NCBI GenBank assembly: GCA_951406725.2
Contig: OX597817.1
Location: forward strand, 27,404,001-27,468,000
Reading direction: 5' to 3'
Origin: Octopus vulgaris
Lineage: Eukaryota
Length of the DNA stretch: 64,000 bases
Shown here: positions 1 to 12,450 of the stretch, in pieces
Layout: each line of letters begins with the position of its first letter
Numbering within the stretch: the first letter of the stretch is position 1
Notes under the pieces: generated by a model
What the model was told of the DNA's origin: nothing
Seen by the model: the letters and a program-made list of their open reading frames with translations, nothing else
The model's database searches: none
Made by a program: the position numbers and the translations under genes

Positions 1-572
1 CTATATCTTCTGTATGACTTTCCTACAGTCATGTGACAACCACACGAAGCGATACATTTTACGTCATTAATGCACTACTTCAAAATACAGGAATTTAGGA
101 ACTTGAAAAGCATTTGTCAATGGGACAATGACAACCTCTCAATTTTGGACATCACGGAAACACAAATGCCTAAAGATTTCTCTATTCTTTTTGCCATAAA
201 CCACTAACACAAACTTTTATCGAAAACTCGCCTCTGTGGCATCCTACAAAATATATGGCGCTAGTATAAACACCAAGCTTATATCTTTTGAGAATTTCCA
301 TGTTGTTTGTAACCTTAATTTGATACGTCAGAAAAAGAGCCTATTGTGAATTGACTGCAGACGGTTGAAGAATATGTTTGCAGGACTTTCTTGATAACAT
401 CGAAATTATGTCTAAGTGCATTAACTGGGATAATGGATATTTGATTCATTGAGTAAACAAAGGAAAGCCATGGTAGAGATACATTCATTTATAGCCGACT
501 GACTGCATCAGACAGGGTTGTATAATCTTGATTTAATTTTCATATAAATGGTTATTTTAAAAATATATAGAT

Positions 573-605
573 GATAATAATAATAATAATAACAACAACA
601 ACACT

Positions 606-697
<92 letters not shown>
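573..697. repeat. (AAT)n microsatellite
   Basis: Direct reading; accounts for the poly-L/poly-Y ORFs. Confidence 0.95.
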
Positions 698-847
698 GAA
701 AACAATGATGGCGACAAAGCTGTTGCTGTTGGTGATGATGATGAGGAGGAAGAGAGTAGTGATGAAGAAAATGGACACCTCCAACAACGATACAACTACC
801 ACAACTACTACTACTACAAATGCAACTGCTACAAATGCTACTGCTAC

Positions 848-956
848 TGATGGTGATGATGATGATGGTGATGATGATGGTGGGGGATGATGGTGATGAT
901 GATGATGATGATGATGATGGTGATCATGATGATGATGATGATGATGATGATGATGG

Positions 957-1029
<73 letters not shown>

Positions 1030-1117
1030 GGATGATGATGATGATGTTGATGATGGTGATGATGATGATGATGATGATGACGATGATGATGACGATGATG
1101 ATGACGATTATGATGAT
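848..1117. repeat. (GAT)n microsatellite
   Basis: Direct reading; accounts for the poly-D/M/H ORFs. Confidence 0.95.
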
Positions 1118-1190
1118 CCGTCTTGTTCAACTGGCAGCTGATTTATACAGATACTTGTGATAATCTGCTAATGACGCCATTAATTCAGCT

Positions 1191-1500
1191 TCATTTAAAA
1201 ATACATTTGCCAGCCGTGCACATTCCGATAACTATGAAGCAATCATTAGTTTTCAGATTACTACAATCGCCAGTCTTCAAATCATTGTCGCTCTGGTAGA
1301 TAAATCCCACACAATCATGGTTATTTAAACTTGAAACATTATCCCAACATGTGATTTGTCTCATATATACTCTCGCGAGATTTCCACCAACGGTTTTCAG
1401 TTCGATATTGATTAAAAAAGGGACATACACTGCATCATTGCGGATATCGAACAAGCTAAGAATATTAAATTTCCGCTTCTCCTTCAACGTAGATGAGATA
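1191..1500 (-). pseudogene. Possible highly decayed LINE (RTE-like) AP-endonuclease fragment
   Basis: KRKFNILSL...HDCVGFIY...CFIVIGMCTAGK loosely follows the APE motif order (xILGL, GVGFI, IVxGDFNAK); weak match. Confidence 0.3.
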
Positions 1501-2832
1501 ATAATTGTCTACTATTTCCAGTCAAGTATACTTGTCTTTAAGTGGATAACTGCTTCATAATTTCTTGAATTCAACGGCAAGAAAACGTAATGTCCATAAG
1601 TTATTTGTAGTGAGTGAAGCTCAGCTATGATACCATAAACTTAGTCAATGACCGGATATTGTATGAGAACGTTTCCCATACTTCTAAAATTGCTTAAAGC
1701 AAGTACAAGTAATTTTACATATGAAGTCGACATTGTAGAAAATTTTGTATGATTACGTTATACAAAATAATTTAAATATACACAAATATGTAATTAAATT
1801 TATTTTGAAAATCTAATTATAAATAATGCAGAAATGAAAAACATATAAACTGACCCTTTTATGGAATACTTTAAAACTGATATAGAAAATAGAAGTTAAG
1901 TAGCACAACGTACTAAACAAAATATATTTTGCTATACGAATCTTAAGTACTTGAAGAAGGCCATCCTTAGGAGCTACAATGGGCGAAAGGTTCCCACTCT
2001 CTATTAATCAATAGTTTAGTCTTCAACAAAGGCATATTACTACAGAGATTTATTTCTGAGATCGAAAAACAAAAATTCTATATCCGTATATCAATCCACC
2101 TTATGCTAAGAGCAACATGAAAATAAATGCTTCTGCCTCTTTAATTCACAACCTGTATTGAAGTTTCATTTATGAGTTCATTCAATCTACTGAAATAGGA
2201 GCAAAATGTATATCAAATTTATAACTTTATTGTATTATTAGATAATACAGCACTAATTATTTTACGTGTAGAAAAATGACGGGTGGTTTATAAATGCACT
2301 TAATAATAGTTCAGCTCCATCGGGTGGAGACTTGAAGTAAGCGGCAGCTGTAAGAACAACATTTGCAGCAGTAGTAGCAGCAAGAACAGCAACAGCAGCA
2401 GCAATTCAACTTGAATATTTTTTCAAATATGATTGAAAAATTTAACTTAGTCTCAAAACTAAAGATTTACAGGAGAAAGAACAAGAAATTAATGTTAGAC
2501 TAAAAGATTTAACGGTATTGTGATATGGAAGAAAATGCCGTGATATGAGAATAGAAACTCAGCAGCGAAGTCACTGAGTTCAACAACACGGTCGTTGAGA
2601 GAAATAAAATATTAGTTTGTAACAATGTAATAATCGATATCAATAACTTATATATATATATATATTCATTTTTTTTTTTCATATATCAAGAAAAGTTTAG
2701 GTTATCTAACTTTGATATCGTTTAAATGGAATAGTTTAAATCGGATATTGAAATGTGCTTTCTGAATTGGTTCTTTGAAAATTTGTCTCTCGATGCTTGT
2801 CGCCCATATATATATATATATATATATATATA

Positions 2833-3940
2833 ATCTGAAAGTGTACTGAGAATAGTTAAAATATTTTTATCAATAAGTTTAAAACTTTAACCGGTTTCAC
2901 AGTTTACACTGATTTCCAAAAAGTTCAAATAGAAAGATGAAGTTTATGTTGCAGTTGTCTTGCTTCTGTCTAGTGTTTGAAGCTTGCTCTATTTTTATAG
3001 GGGAGTTCATGGCTCAAATTAGTATATGTTTTGAATAGGATTTGATTGGTAGAGGAGAGTCAGTCACATGACAGGCCTCAAAATTTTTTGTAGCTTCCTC
3101 ACCACGTCTATGTGACAGTATCAAGCGACAATGTTTGGTGTCGTAGGTTAAGGCTAACATAGATGGCTGAACATGTCCAAACAATCAACGTTCTGAATGT
3201 TTTATGTCAAGTGTATGTAGAGAAGGAACACTTGATTAAGTTTATACCATTTGTACGCTACCTGCTTTGTTCGTGCATTAGCGTCACGTGACAGTATATT
3301 TTGCGCCTAAAAAGAAGGCCGACTCGGTTGAGTGAACATGTTTGGTTATAATCGAGGCACTCCAAATTTAATCTGTTTGGCGGAATAGTGAACAAGAGTA
3401 GCTTGTATGCAGTCCAGTGGCTAAATTTAAGATTAATATCTGTGTAGGTTCTTCATGATAAGTGGCAGAATGTGTTTTGTGCGTGAATAGTTATTTATGT
3501 ATGTACTCTGTTAAAGTTTAAGTCTTGGTTTGTACTTTGGTATGAAAATATTTTCTTTGTTCATCCGTGCTTCATCTGTGTTCAGATGAAGCGTCTATGT
3601 TCATCTGACATTTCAATGCCACGTACAGAACAAGGACTATATCGCCGACTATGAGTATATACTAAATGGCTTAAAAAACATCTGCTGGCATATTCCAAAG
3701 TTTTCATGGCATGGAAAAAATTCAAGTATTAATTAGAAGTAGCCTGAGGTATATAAAGGAAATCGAACACATGTACACAAGGTGTGTGTGTGTTCTTAGT
3801 TCGTGGGTTGACTGCGTGTTTGGAGAAAGAGAATACATTCCCAATCTGCCTGGTGTTAAAAGCACCTGAAAGCTACTCATAGATAAGTGAGACAACTCAC
3901 ACCAAGTCTCTTTACAGAGCGGCAGACATCGATGTTCCAA
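2833..3940 (-). mobile_element. Non-coding Penelope-like/retrozyme-type element with a degenerate hammerhead motif (2883-2925)
   Basis: Bounded by (TA)n on both sides. Minus strand reads AACTTT-TTGGAAA-tCAGtgtaaaCTGt-GAAAC-CG-GTT-AAAGTT: stem I intact, palindromic stem III, CUGANGA core decayed. Confidence 0.4.
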
Positions 3941-4319
3941 TATATATATATATATATATATATAGATATATATTAATTCATTATAAGCACGGAGAAAAGT
4001 GAGAATCAAAGTAGTGACGTAATAATTCGTTCTTAATACATTCTCACATATTTGAGCGGGAATATAGTATCGTTGCTACCTTTTGTTTTCAGAGATGCAA
4101 ATTCTTCTTTCAAACGATTTGATTTCACAATACACTCGATTCCTTTAGGTAAGGGAGATTTAAGACACCACGGTGTTTTGATCTGGTTGTATGTCTTCAG
4201 TCAGGGTTTCCTCCGGATCAATAAATTTAAGCAAGAATTGCGAATTCTGTTCATAGAAATCGGCAAATTATTTGCTGATGCGTGCTGATGTCTATGAAAC
4301 GGATAATAAATCATCCTAT

Positions 4320-4372
4320 ATATATGTATACATGTTTGTATTTATATATACATACATACATATATATATATG

Positions 4373-4434
<62 letters not shown>

Positions 4435-4437
4435 TAC
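4320..4437. repeat. (TA)n/(TACA) microsatellite
   Basis: Direct reading. Confidence 0.9.
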
Positions 4438-4842
4438 ATGACAATGAAATATGCAGACGCATCCATGTTAATATTCTTAAGTTATTACACCTGGAAAAGT
4501 ACAGAACAAGATTTCTGCAGTATAATTTGCCTAATTCCTCAGCCCCAAAGGAAACCAAGAAGTGCTGTACTTGAAATATTACAGCCGAGAATAACATTTT
4601 TAAAATTCACTATATTTCATTACTACAAAAACTACACAAGCATATTACTGGGTTTTCCCAAAAATAAACCATCCGTTTTTAAGCCAATGGGCTTATATTC
4701 AGAAACTCTTATTCACAGATTACCGTGTGTGAATGATATGCTTTGGAAAGATTAGCACCACGACATTCGTCTTGATGAGTTCTATCATATGAGGTAAAGA
4801 CAAAAGCACATATACATGTATACATACATACACACACACACA

Positions 4843-4982
4843 GGTGAGCACATAAGTCCAAAAACAATGATGAAAAATAGTACTCGAGTACAAAAAGTAG
4901 AGTAATATACTTTTTATTAAAGCTGCAAAATTATCACAGAACCGTTATTCACAGTTTCATGTTTCCGTTCGTAGGACAGTTG
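4843..4982 (-). mobile_element. Diverged copy of the hammerhead-bearing terminal repeat family at 61845-61990
   Basis: Minus strand CTGT-CCTACGA-ACGGAAACAT-GAAAC-TGTGA-ATA-ACGG, followed by ...TATATTACTCTAC...GAGTACT..., colinear with 61849-61990. Confidence 0.65.
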
Positions 4983-7814
4983 TGATATATACTATTAACT
5001 CAACCGAATATATTACTGGTACCATTCCTTAAACCATCTCTCATGCTCACTTACCCTTCTTACTTTCAAAACATATCTTCCATTTTACCCCTAAGATACT
5101 GTATTAGTCCCAATACCCACCCTGTCTGGTATTCTTTTAATGTGTATGTATTTTTTTTAGTCGTCAAGTTCCAAACACATCACCTTAATAGTTTCTTAAG
5201 ATTTGCCGATGCCTTAGGCATACATATCTAATTCGTTGAGACAAAGGTATGTAACCAAAAACAATGGTTCATTATATGAAGCTCAATGTTATCAAAAGAT
5301 TGAGCTCATAATTTAGATGTCGAATATTTACCGTTTTCTAAATCACCATACATCGTAGGTAAAACCATTGAAACAAAAGTCTTTCAGACAATTCTAAGCT
5401 ATGAAAAGTGACATGACACTAGGTTATTTTTCTGTTTTTCTCTTGTCCTCCGCGATTCAGCAAACACTCCACTGTTTTTCTCTTCCTTGCCTTTGTAACT
5501 AGAATCTGCGGATAATTGATTTCCCTACAGGTAATCAATCTTTACGCTTTATCAATCTTCAACCTAAACCTTTAGGTTTGAATCAGCTGTCACTAAACCA
5601 CTAGGGAGAAATGTCCGACAAATAAAACAATTCTGTGAGTATTAAGGTGTGCAAAATATTTGTGTATTGAAGTTTTAGAATAGCACATATAAATACAATT
5701 GTTTAACAAGTCATTAAATATTCGTAGACAATCGAAATTAAGGCTAATTGATATCGTTTTTTATGATTTTATAAGTACGCATATAAACAATTCTATAAAC
5801 ATATACATCACTTACCTTTTCTTTTTCTCTCTAACTTTCTCGCTATCTGCTTGCAGATTACATGCGCATGCGCGTACTGAAACTATAAATATACATATAT
5901 AAAGCATAGATTGTTGAGTAAATGAAGTTAGCTCTGGTGAAGACAACTTATATAATCAAAGATGTTTCATGTATGAGATACCCATCTGTTTTTGAAAGTT
6001 TAGTGTATCCAACCTGACGTTATTGTTTGACTGAGAGATATAATATTAAGCTTTCATTTCTAGCAGGTTGAGGAACTGTATAAAAATGTGTTTTTTTTTT
6101 GGTATATAATAGTATAAGAAATAATATTTGGCATATAAAAGTATAAGAGCAAATATTATAAAGCCTTATAAAGCTGAATGTTCTTTTCTTTCGTTTCTTT
6201 GTCTTCGCACTTCCGATACATTTCCGTTTCCTCTATGGCAATGTGAATATTGGAGCAGATATTTTATTATCAAAATATTATGGCTAAAATGTATGTCTTT
6301 AAAGTTATCAAATACCATTGTTTAAATGGAAACGTCTATCTCTTTCCACAATATTGAATACTTAAATTATATTTTTGTTTTATCTAATTCTATTAAGATA
6401 TTTTTTATCGTTGAAGTCCAAATATATCCGTAAAAAGAGGTTTCAATTAGCAGATAATGGAGGATAATATACGATAATGATATGATTTTCGTTATTAGTT
6501 TGACAAACACAAAATTTTGATAGCGGATACTCAGTAAACTTTTATCATTTATCGCAACCAAAATCAAACGTAAAGTCGGTATGTTGTTATGGATGTTAAT
6601 TTAATCATTTAAAGATATATGTAGCATAGCATTATGAAAGTGGAGCGTACTGAAATTACACTATCCATGTTAAGTAGCAAAATGTGTTGGTCATGTAGAA
6701 GACTTTAACAGAATTACTGGGAACAACAACTGTTCCAGGTTTATATAGTTTGTTATTTACAATAAATACAGAGTATTGCAGTTCACGTATTCCAATTTAT
6801 GTCTGTTTCTGAAATTCTCTCGATATTTTGGTATTGCTTTGAACATATTCTTGAGTGTCTTTAGAATTTTTACGGCTTCTAACGTAAGAATATAATTTCA
6901 AATTTGGAAATTAGATAACGATATTACTTCAGGATTGCATTTTTTATTTTAACCAACATTATTTTGCCACAACGATATTCCTGTAGGATTACATTGTGAC
7001 TTTTGTCCCAACACCATGCCAAACAGGAATATATCCTCATGCCGATATTCTTCATTTAATAGTGATGATCGGCATTTTAGATCGCATTTTTATGCTTAAG
7101 TGCTATCTCTTGCCAAATTAAAACCTCAGTATTGTGAGATAACGTAGCAGTGAAGGGACCTAAAGCTGTTAAAATTCCTGTCGTATTGACTCATTCTCAA
7201 GTATCTGGAAACATGCATTTACATATCCTTTTCTTACAATGCAGGTCAAATATTTCTCCTTTGTGTTTTTGCTCATTGTGTTCGTTCAGCAGTTTGTGGG
7301 TTGCATATAACAAAATAGTAAATCGAATGCTTCTTGAAGAGTCACTTATTTCAGATTTGAGCACTTGATTGACTAATTTCTTATTGCAGTTGTTTGTTAT
7401 ATAGCTGATACCATACGAGTGCTACTACACGACATAGGTTTTCTTTAAATATCTTTAGCCGCTTCTTTTCCTTGGCGAATCTTCTCAGACTGTTGATATC
7501 ATTCTTTCTGTAGAACAGTGTTTTTCAAACTGTATGTCGCGACAATTTAATGTGTCGCCAGCAGGGCGTAGGTGTGACGCAAACGTATGGGAAACCAATA
7601 TATAAAATACTCAAAACTAATTTGTTTCAGCCTTTCAGAATCTGTTTGGTAGCATAGCGAACGTGTTAATGTTTTTACCTATCGGCTATTGTTTCCCATT
7701 TAATGTTTGGAGACGAGATTAAAAAAAAAAAGAAAGAAAAAAGGCTCAAGTAATCTTCATTATATACCGCTCATTTTCATTGGATTTTATTCAGCGTAAA
7801 AGAATTAGCATATT

Positions 7815-8395
7815 CTTTTCTAATCTAGGCACAAGGCCCAAAATTTTGGGTGAGGGGGGCAGTCGATTAGATTAACCACAATACGCAACGGGTACTTAAT
7901 TTATCGACCCCGAAAGGAGGAAAGGCAAAGTTGACCTCGGTGGAATTTGAACTCAGAACGTAAATACAGACGAAATACCTATTTCTTTACTACCCAGAAG
8001 GGGCTAAACACAGAGACGACAAACAAGGACAGACAAACGGATGAAGTCGATTATATCGACCCCAGTGCGTAACCGGTACTTATTTAATCGACCGCGAAAG
8101 GATGAAAGGCAAAGTCGACCTCGGCGGAATTTGAACTCAGAACGTAACGGTAGACGAAATAGCTATTTCTTTACTACCCACAAGGGGCTAAACACAGAGG
8201 GGACAAACAAGGACAGACTAACGGATTAAGTCGATCATATCGACTCTAGTGCGTAACTGGTACTTAATTTATCGATCCCGAAAGGATGAAAGGCAAAGTC
8301 GACCTCGGCGGAATTTGAACTGAGAACGTAACAGCAGACGAAATACCGCAAAGCATTTCACCCGGCGCGCTAACGTTGCTGCCAGCTCGCCGCCT
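7815..8395 (-). mobile_element. tRNA-derived SINE family A, trimeric form, nested in the hAT
   Basis: Head GGCGGCGAGCTGGCAG..., B-box (G/C)AGTTCAAATTCC, and core GTCGACTTTGCCTTTCATCCTTTCGGGGTCGATAAATTAAGTACC present three times; TSD AAAAGAATTA(G/A)CATATT on both sides. Confidence 0.9.
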
Positions 8396-8929
8396 TAAAA
8401 AGAATTAACATATTGCAAACGCTATTCTCTTGTTCGAAGGAAATTGATTACAAAATTTCAAATTCGCACCTGTTTAAGTGAACGAAGCACACTGGAGCTG
8501 CTTTCAAAGTGTCTAAAGTTATTGCTCACCTATACAGGTATTACGCATTACTGAGATTGGTCTAATAATTATGAAATCACATTAAACTCATGCCACACTT
8601 GTTCCTTTTTCATCCGTCTCGCGTGCTTAGCCTTAAGAACCGGATGTTCTAGTCAAGTGCAACGTGCCATTTCTAACTTTATCGTGCCGGTGATATTAAT
8701 TACATTTTTAGTTATCATAACTGTATAAATCAACTTAGTTTTATTCATAAATAGTAATTATTTTACCTGTAAAATTAATAAGCTTTGAATTAAGAAAAGA
8801 AAAGTTACAGATGACATTTCCAATGAAAAATATTTAACAAATACGATGGAAACCACTCAAGCAACTGTTGAATGACCTGCATCAGTGAGTGGGAAGGGCA
8901 GAGAAAAAAAATTTTAAACCTCGTTTATG

Positions 8930-10850
8930 CAACAAAGATTATATATAACAGGGATTTACATTTTCTGGAAATGAAAGCAACCCTAGTCCCTTGTGTTTAG
9001 TTTGTAGGGAATATACTTTCAAACGAAAGTATGGTACCAAAGAAATTAAAACTTCATTTCAGCACTAGGCGCGGAAATTTGTCTGCAAAACCAGTGGAAT
9101 ACTTCAGTGAACTTGTAAAAGCTTTAAAAAAGTAGGCTTCACGTTCACAAAGAGAATGAAGATATCAGACAAAGCTGAACAGGCAAGTTACTTGGTTGCT
9201 CAAATAATTGCCACAAAACAAAGAACGACGTAGTATTTCTGAAGGCACTATAAAAGAATATTGCTGTGTTATTGTTCGAGCAATGTTTGGACCCGAATTT
9301 GAGACAGAAGTTAATAAAATTCCTGTAGCAGATAACACAATTGGAAGATGAATTCAAGATGTATCTGATGATATTATGTTGCAAGAGAATGATATTTTTC
9401 AAGATAATAACATGATGTTTGCATTGCAGCTGGGCGAATCAACAGATGTCAATGGGTTAGCACAATTGATGGTTTTTATACATTTCATTCATGATGACAG
9501 AATTATTACTAAGCAATTGTTTTGTCTAGAACTTCCATTGAGAACTAAAGATAAAGACAATTTTCAAGCTTTAAGTTCCTTCATGAAGGAAAATTATGGT
9601 TAAACTGTGTAGGAATATGGAAAGATGGCGCACCCTCAATGGTTGGTGCTGTAAAAGGATTTACAACTTTATCAAAATAAAGAGAATATAAACATTATAA
9701 CTATTCATTGTCGTTTGTATCGCGACGCTTCAATTGCGTAAGCGGTTAAAGATGATTTACGAATAATTATAAGCGAAGTGGTTTAAATGGTCAATGACAT
9801 CAAAATTATTTACTCATATTTGTGAAAAAAATGGGAGCAAATTTCAAGTAACTTCTACTACACACAGATGTTCGTTGGTTTTCAAATGCTCGTGTGCTTT
9901 GTCGTGTATACAAATTGAGAGAAATGATGCTGAAACGTTTTGAAGAAAATCAACAGAATGTATTTCACGGTCTGATTCAAGACAAACCTTGGTGCATCAG
10001 ATTGGCATATCTTTTGGACATATTTGAACATTTGAATAAAATTGACACAAGTATGCAGAGAAAATTAGAAAATATTTTAACATCGGCTGATAAAATTTGT
10101 CCTATGAGAGACAAGTTAACAATTTGGAAACACAAAGTAAAAGAAGGACAGTTTGAAATGGTTTCCAAAACTTGTGAGTGTGAGCTAAAATGTAAGATCA
10201 GCTCGTTAATTGCTGAACATTTAACATTGCTTAGAGAAAAAAAAATTGATTATTATTTTCCAAATATTGAAATCCCAAACTACGGTTAAATCAGAAATTC
10301 ATTTCTTGCAATTGCAACGATTGATTTTTCATTTAACGAAGAAGAACTAGCTGAAATCAAGAATAATCGGTGTCTGTTATTGATTTATGAAGAGGGGAAC
10401 TTACTAAACTTTTGGATTCGTTCTTCAAAGAAGCATCCAAACTTAGTTTAAAAAGCTTTACAATTTCTTTGGCAGTTTTCTACTACAACTGAAAGAAGCC
10501 TGTCGTATATATGTATATATACGTGTGTGTTTGTGTGTCTGTGTTTGTACCCCTAGCATTGCTTGACAACCGATGCTGGTGTGTTGACGTCCCCGTCACT
10601 TAGCGGTTCGGCAAAAGAGACAGATAAAATAAGTACTGGGCTTACAAAGAATAAGTCCTGGGGGGGGGGGCGATTTGCTCGACTAAAGGCGGTGCTCCAG
10701 CATGGCCGCAGTCAAAGGACTGAAACAAGTAAAAGAGTAAAAGAGAATACATTTGCGAAGCATCTTTTTTAGCAATGTTAAACTTAAAGACATCGAAACG
10801 TGGTAACTTGAAAATGTTTGATAGTGAAATGCATTATCTACCATTCCACT
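8930..10850 (+). pseudogene. hAT transposase pseudogene (ZBED5/ZBED8/SCAND3/FAM200-like)
   Basis: BED finger (PLCLVC...SNESMVPKKLKLHF), FALQLGESTDV, DGAPSMVG, TIHC, LLLHTDVRWFS, LAYLLDIFEHLN, and FSTT/YICEASF split by a SINE; many stops and frameshifts. Confidence 0.9.
10487..10748 (+). mobile_element. 5'-truncated SINE family B inserted in the hAT ORF
   Basis: Matches the 3' half of 29175-29656 and 48812-49246 (...CTTAGCGGTTCGGCAAAAGAGAC...GGCGGTGCTCCAGCATGGCCGCAGTC...AAAAGAGTAAAAGAG); interrupts the FSTT|YICE motif. Confidence 0.85.
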
Positions 10851-12249
10851 TAATATCCAAAACCTGTTCTTCCCAACAATCCGAAGTGTCTCACAGAAAT
10901 AGTAAGTTATAAATATTTTTTTATTAATCCTTACACATATTTATAGATTATTATGGATAAATGGTAACTCACATTTCTCTTGAAAATGTATTTTATTTTG
11001 CTTACAAGTTATATATTTATAAAATATAAATGAAAGGGTTTCTCGACATTTTCCGATATTAAAATTAATTTATGCATCAGCATCTTATAGCCATGATAAA
11101 TCATATTAAAATAATCAACGTTAGGTTCGCATTAAACTTAATTGGTGTGTCGCTAAATTATATATGTTTAAAAAGTGTATCGCTAACCGAAAGTGTTTGG
11201 AAAATATTACTGTAAAAGATTCAAGTTGAGCTCAGGATCTTGTAGTGCTTCATATCAGTGAGGCAAAATATCTCTTTAGTCCAATCTCAAATGCTGATAG
11301 CAGTAATGTTAGAGCAATTGAATTGTAGTAGCCTTTGATTCTGTGAAGAGAAAGTTCCGACTGAAATATCTTTTACAGTATGGAGTGGTACTCTTTCGTA
11401 ACGGTATCTTTGATCACAAACATTTATTTAATACATTTATCTGATATATTTTCGTTATTCTTTATTGTGTGGAACAACTGAGTTATGCAGAGAAATTGGG
11501 TTAATGCTTTCTGTGGAAAGAATATTTTGATTTTGTAAGATTGTAGATACTAAAATATTAACAAACGAAGCTAGTCCCAAAAGAATGATAAAGTGTCTCT
11601 TTCGAATATTCTTCTCAAAAGTTTTCAACGTCGGGAACAAAGATTTAGTTTTCGACTAAAAGTACGAGAATGGTTTACTATGCGTTTAAATATCAGCATT
11701 AAAACAACAGGAAATTTTTCCAAATATAACTTTTGACAAATTTCGGCTAATTTTGCTCAGTTTAGCTGAATTCTTTAGAAAAATGATTGGTTTGCTACAA
11801 CATGTATGCAAGATGTCACAGGAATTTACAAATTTTGCAATAACAATTACTACACAAGAGAGGTGTTTTGTGAAAAGCAAAAGTTGCCTATTTTCCAGCT
11901 CGACTAACTCAAGCCTTAATTGAGTTCTGATGGATTTTCAGCTGCTTCATATAAGAAAAACAAACGGGTTTTTAATTTTGTGTAAACGGCGAGTGAAGTT
12001 AAGAAATGGTATGTAGGCTTTTATTCTTGTACTTGCTTCATTTAGTTGACCATGGAAATGCAGAAGGACTGAGTTCAACTATTTTTATTCGAATATATCA
12101 TAGTATTGTACGTGGTATTTGAGTTAACATTCTCATAATCAACAAAGCACAAAATCAATCAAGACGGAAAAGGAATTAATTCAGAGTACTTTTGGTTGAA
12201 TGTATGATTTTTGCCCTACATTACTGTATAAGGTACACGACCAGCATTT

Positions 12250-12450
12250 TTTATGGAAGAGAATTAACTGATACCATCGACACCATTGACTGATACTTCA
12301 TTTTATTGAATCTGAAAATATAAAATGTAAAGTTGACGACGACGGGATTTAAATGTAAATTGTCAGAAGATGTACAGCAGATTGTTAATTATCAGAAGAC
12401 ATACCGCAAAGCACTTTGTCAAACCATCTAACGGAACTGTCAATCTATAG
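12250..12450 (-). mobile_element. Old degenerate SINE family A copy (similar remnants near 13440-13520 and 17740-17830, and on + near 35540-35700)
   Basis: Residual similarity to the ACTGGTACTT..TTTATCGA..AAAGTCGACC..GGATTTGAAC core. Confidence 0.5.

Larger units (their letters stand above)
7516..11209 (+). mobile_element. Full-length defective hAT transposon, Buster/Charlie group
   Basis: TIRs CAGTGTTTTTCAAAC (7516) and GTTTGGAAAATATTA (11195-11209), 11/15 match. 8-bp TSD CTGTAGAA (7508-7515) / CTGTAAAA (11210-11217) with central TA, typical of Buster elements. Confidence 0.85.

Noticed and set aside
557-1160. Poly-D/M/H/L ORFs as acidic or His-rich proteins
   Set aside because: They are translations of (AAT)n and (GAT)n microsatellites with no other coding support.
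7860-8350. Regularly spaced repeats resembling a CRISPR array
   Set aside because: The ~180-bp units are conserved along their whole length with no unique spacers; this is a eukaryotic SINE multimer and no cas genes are present.
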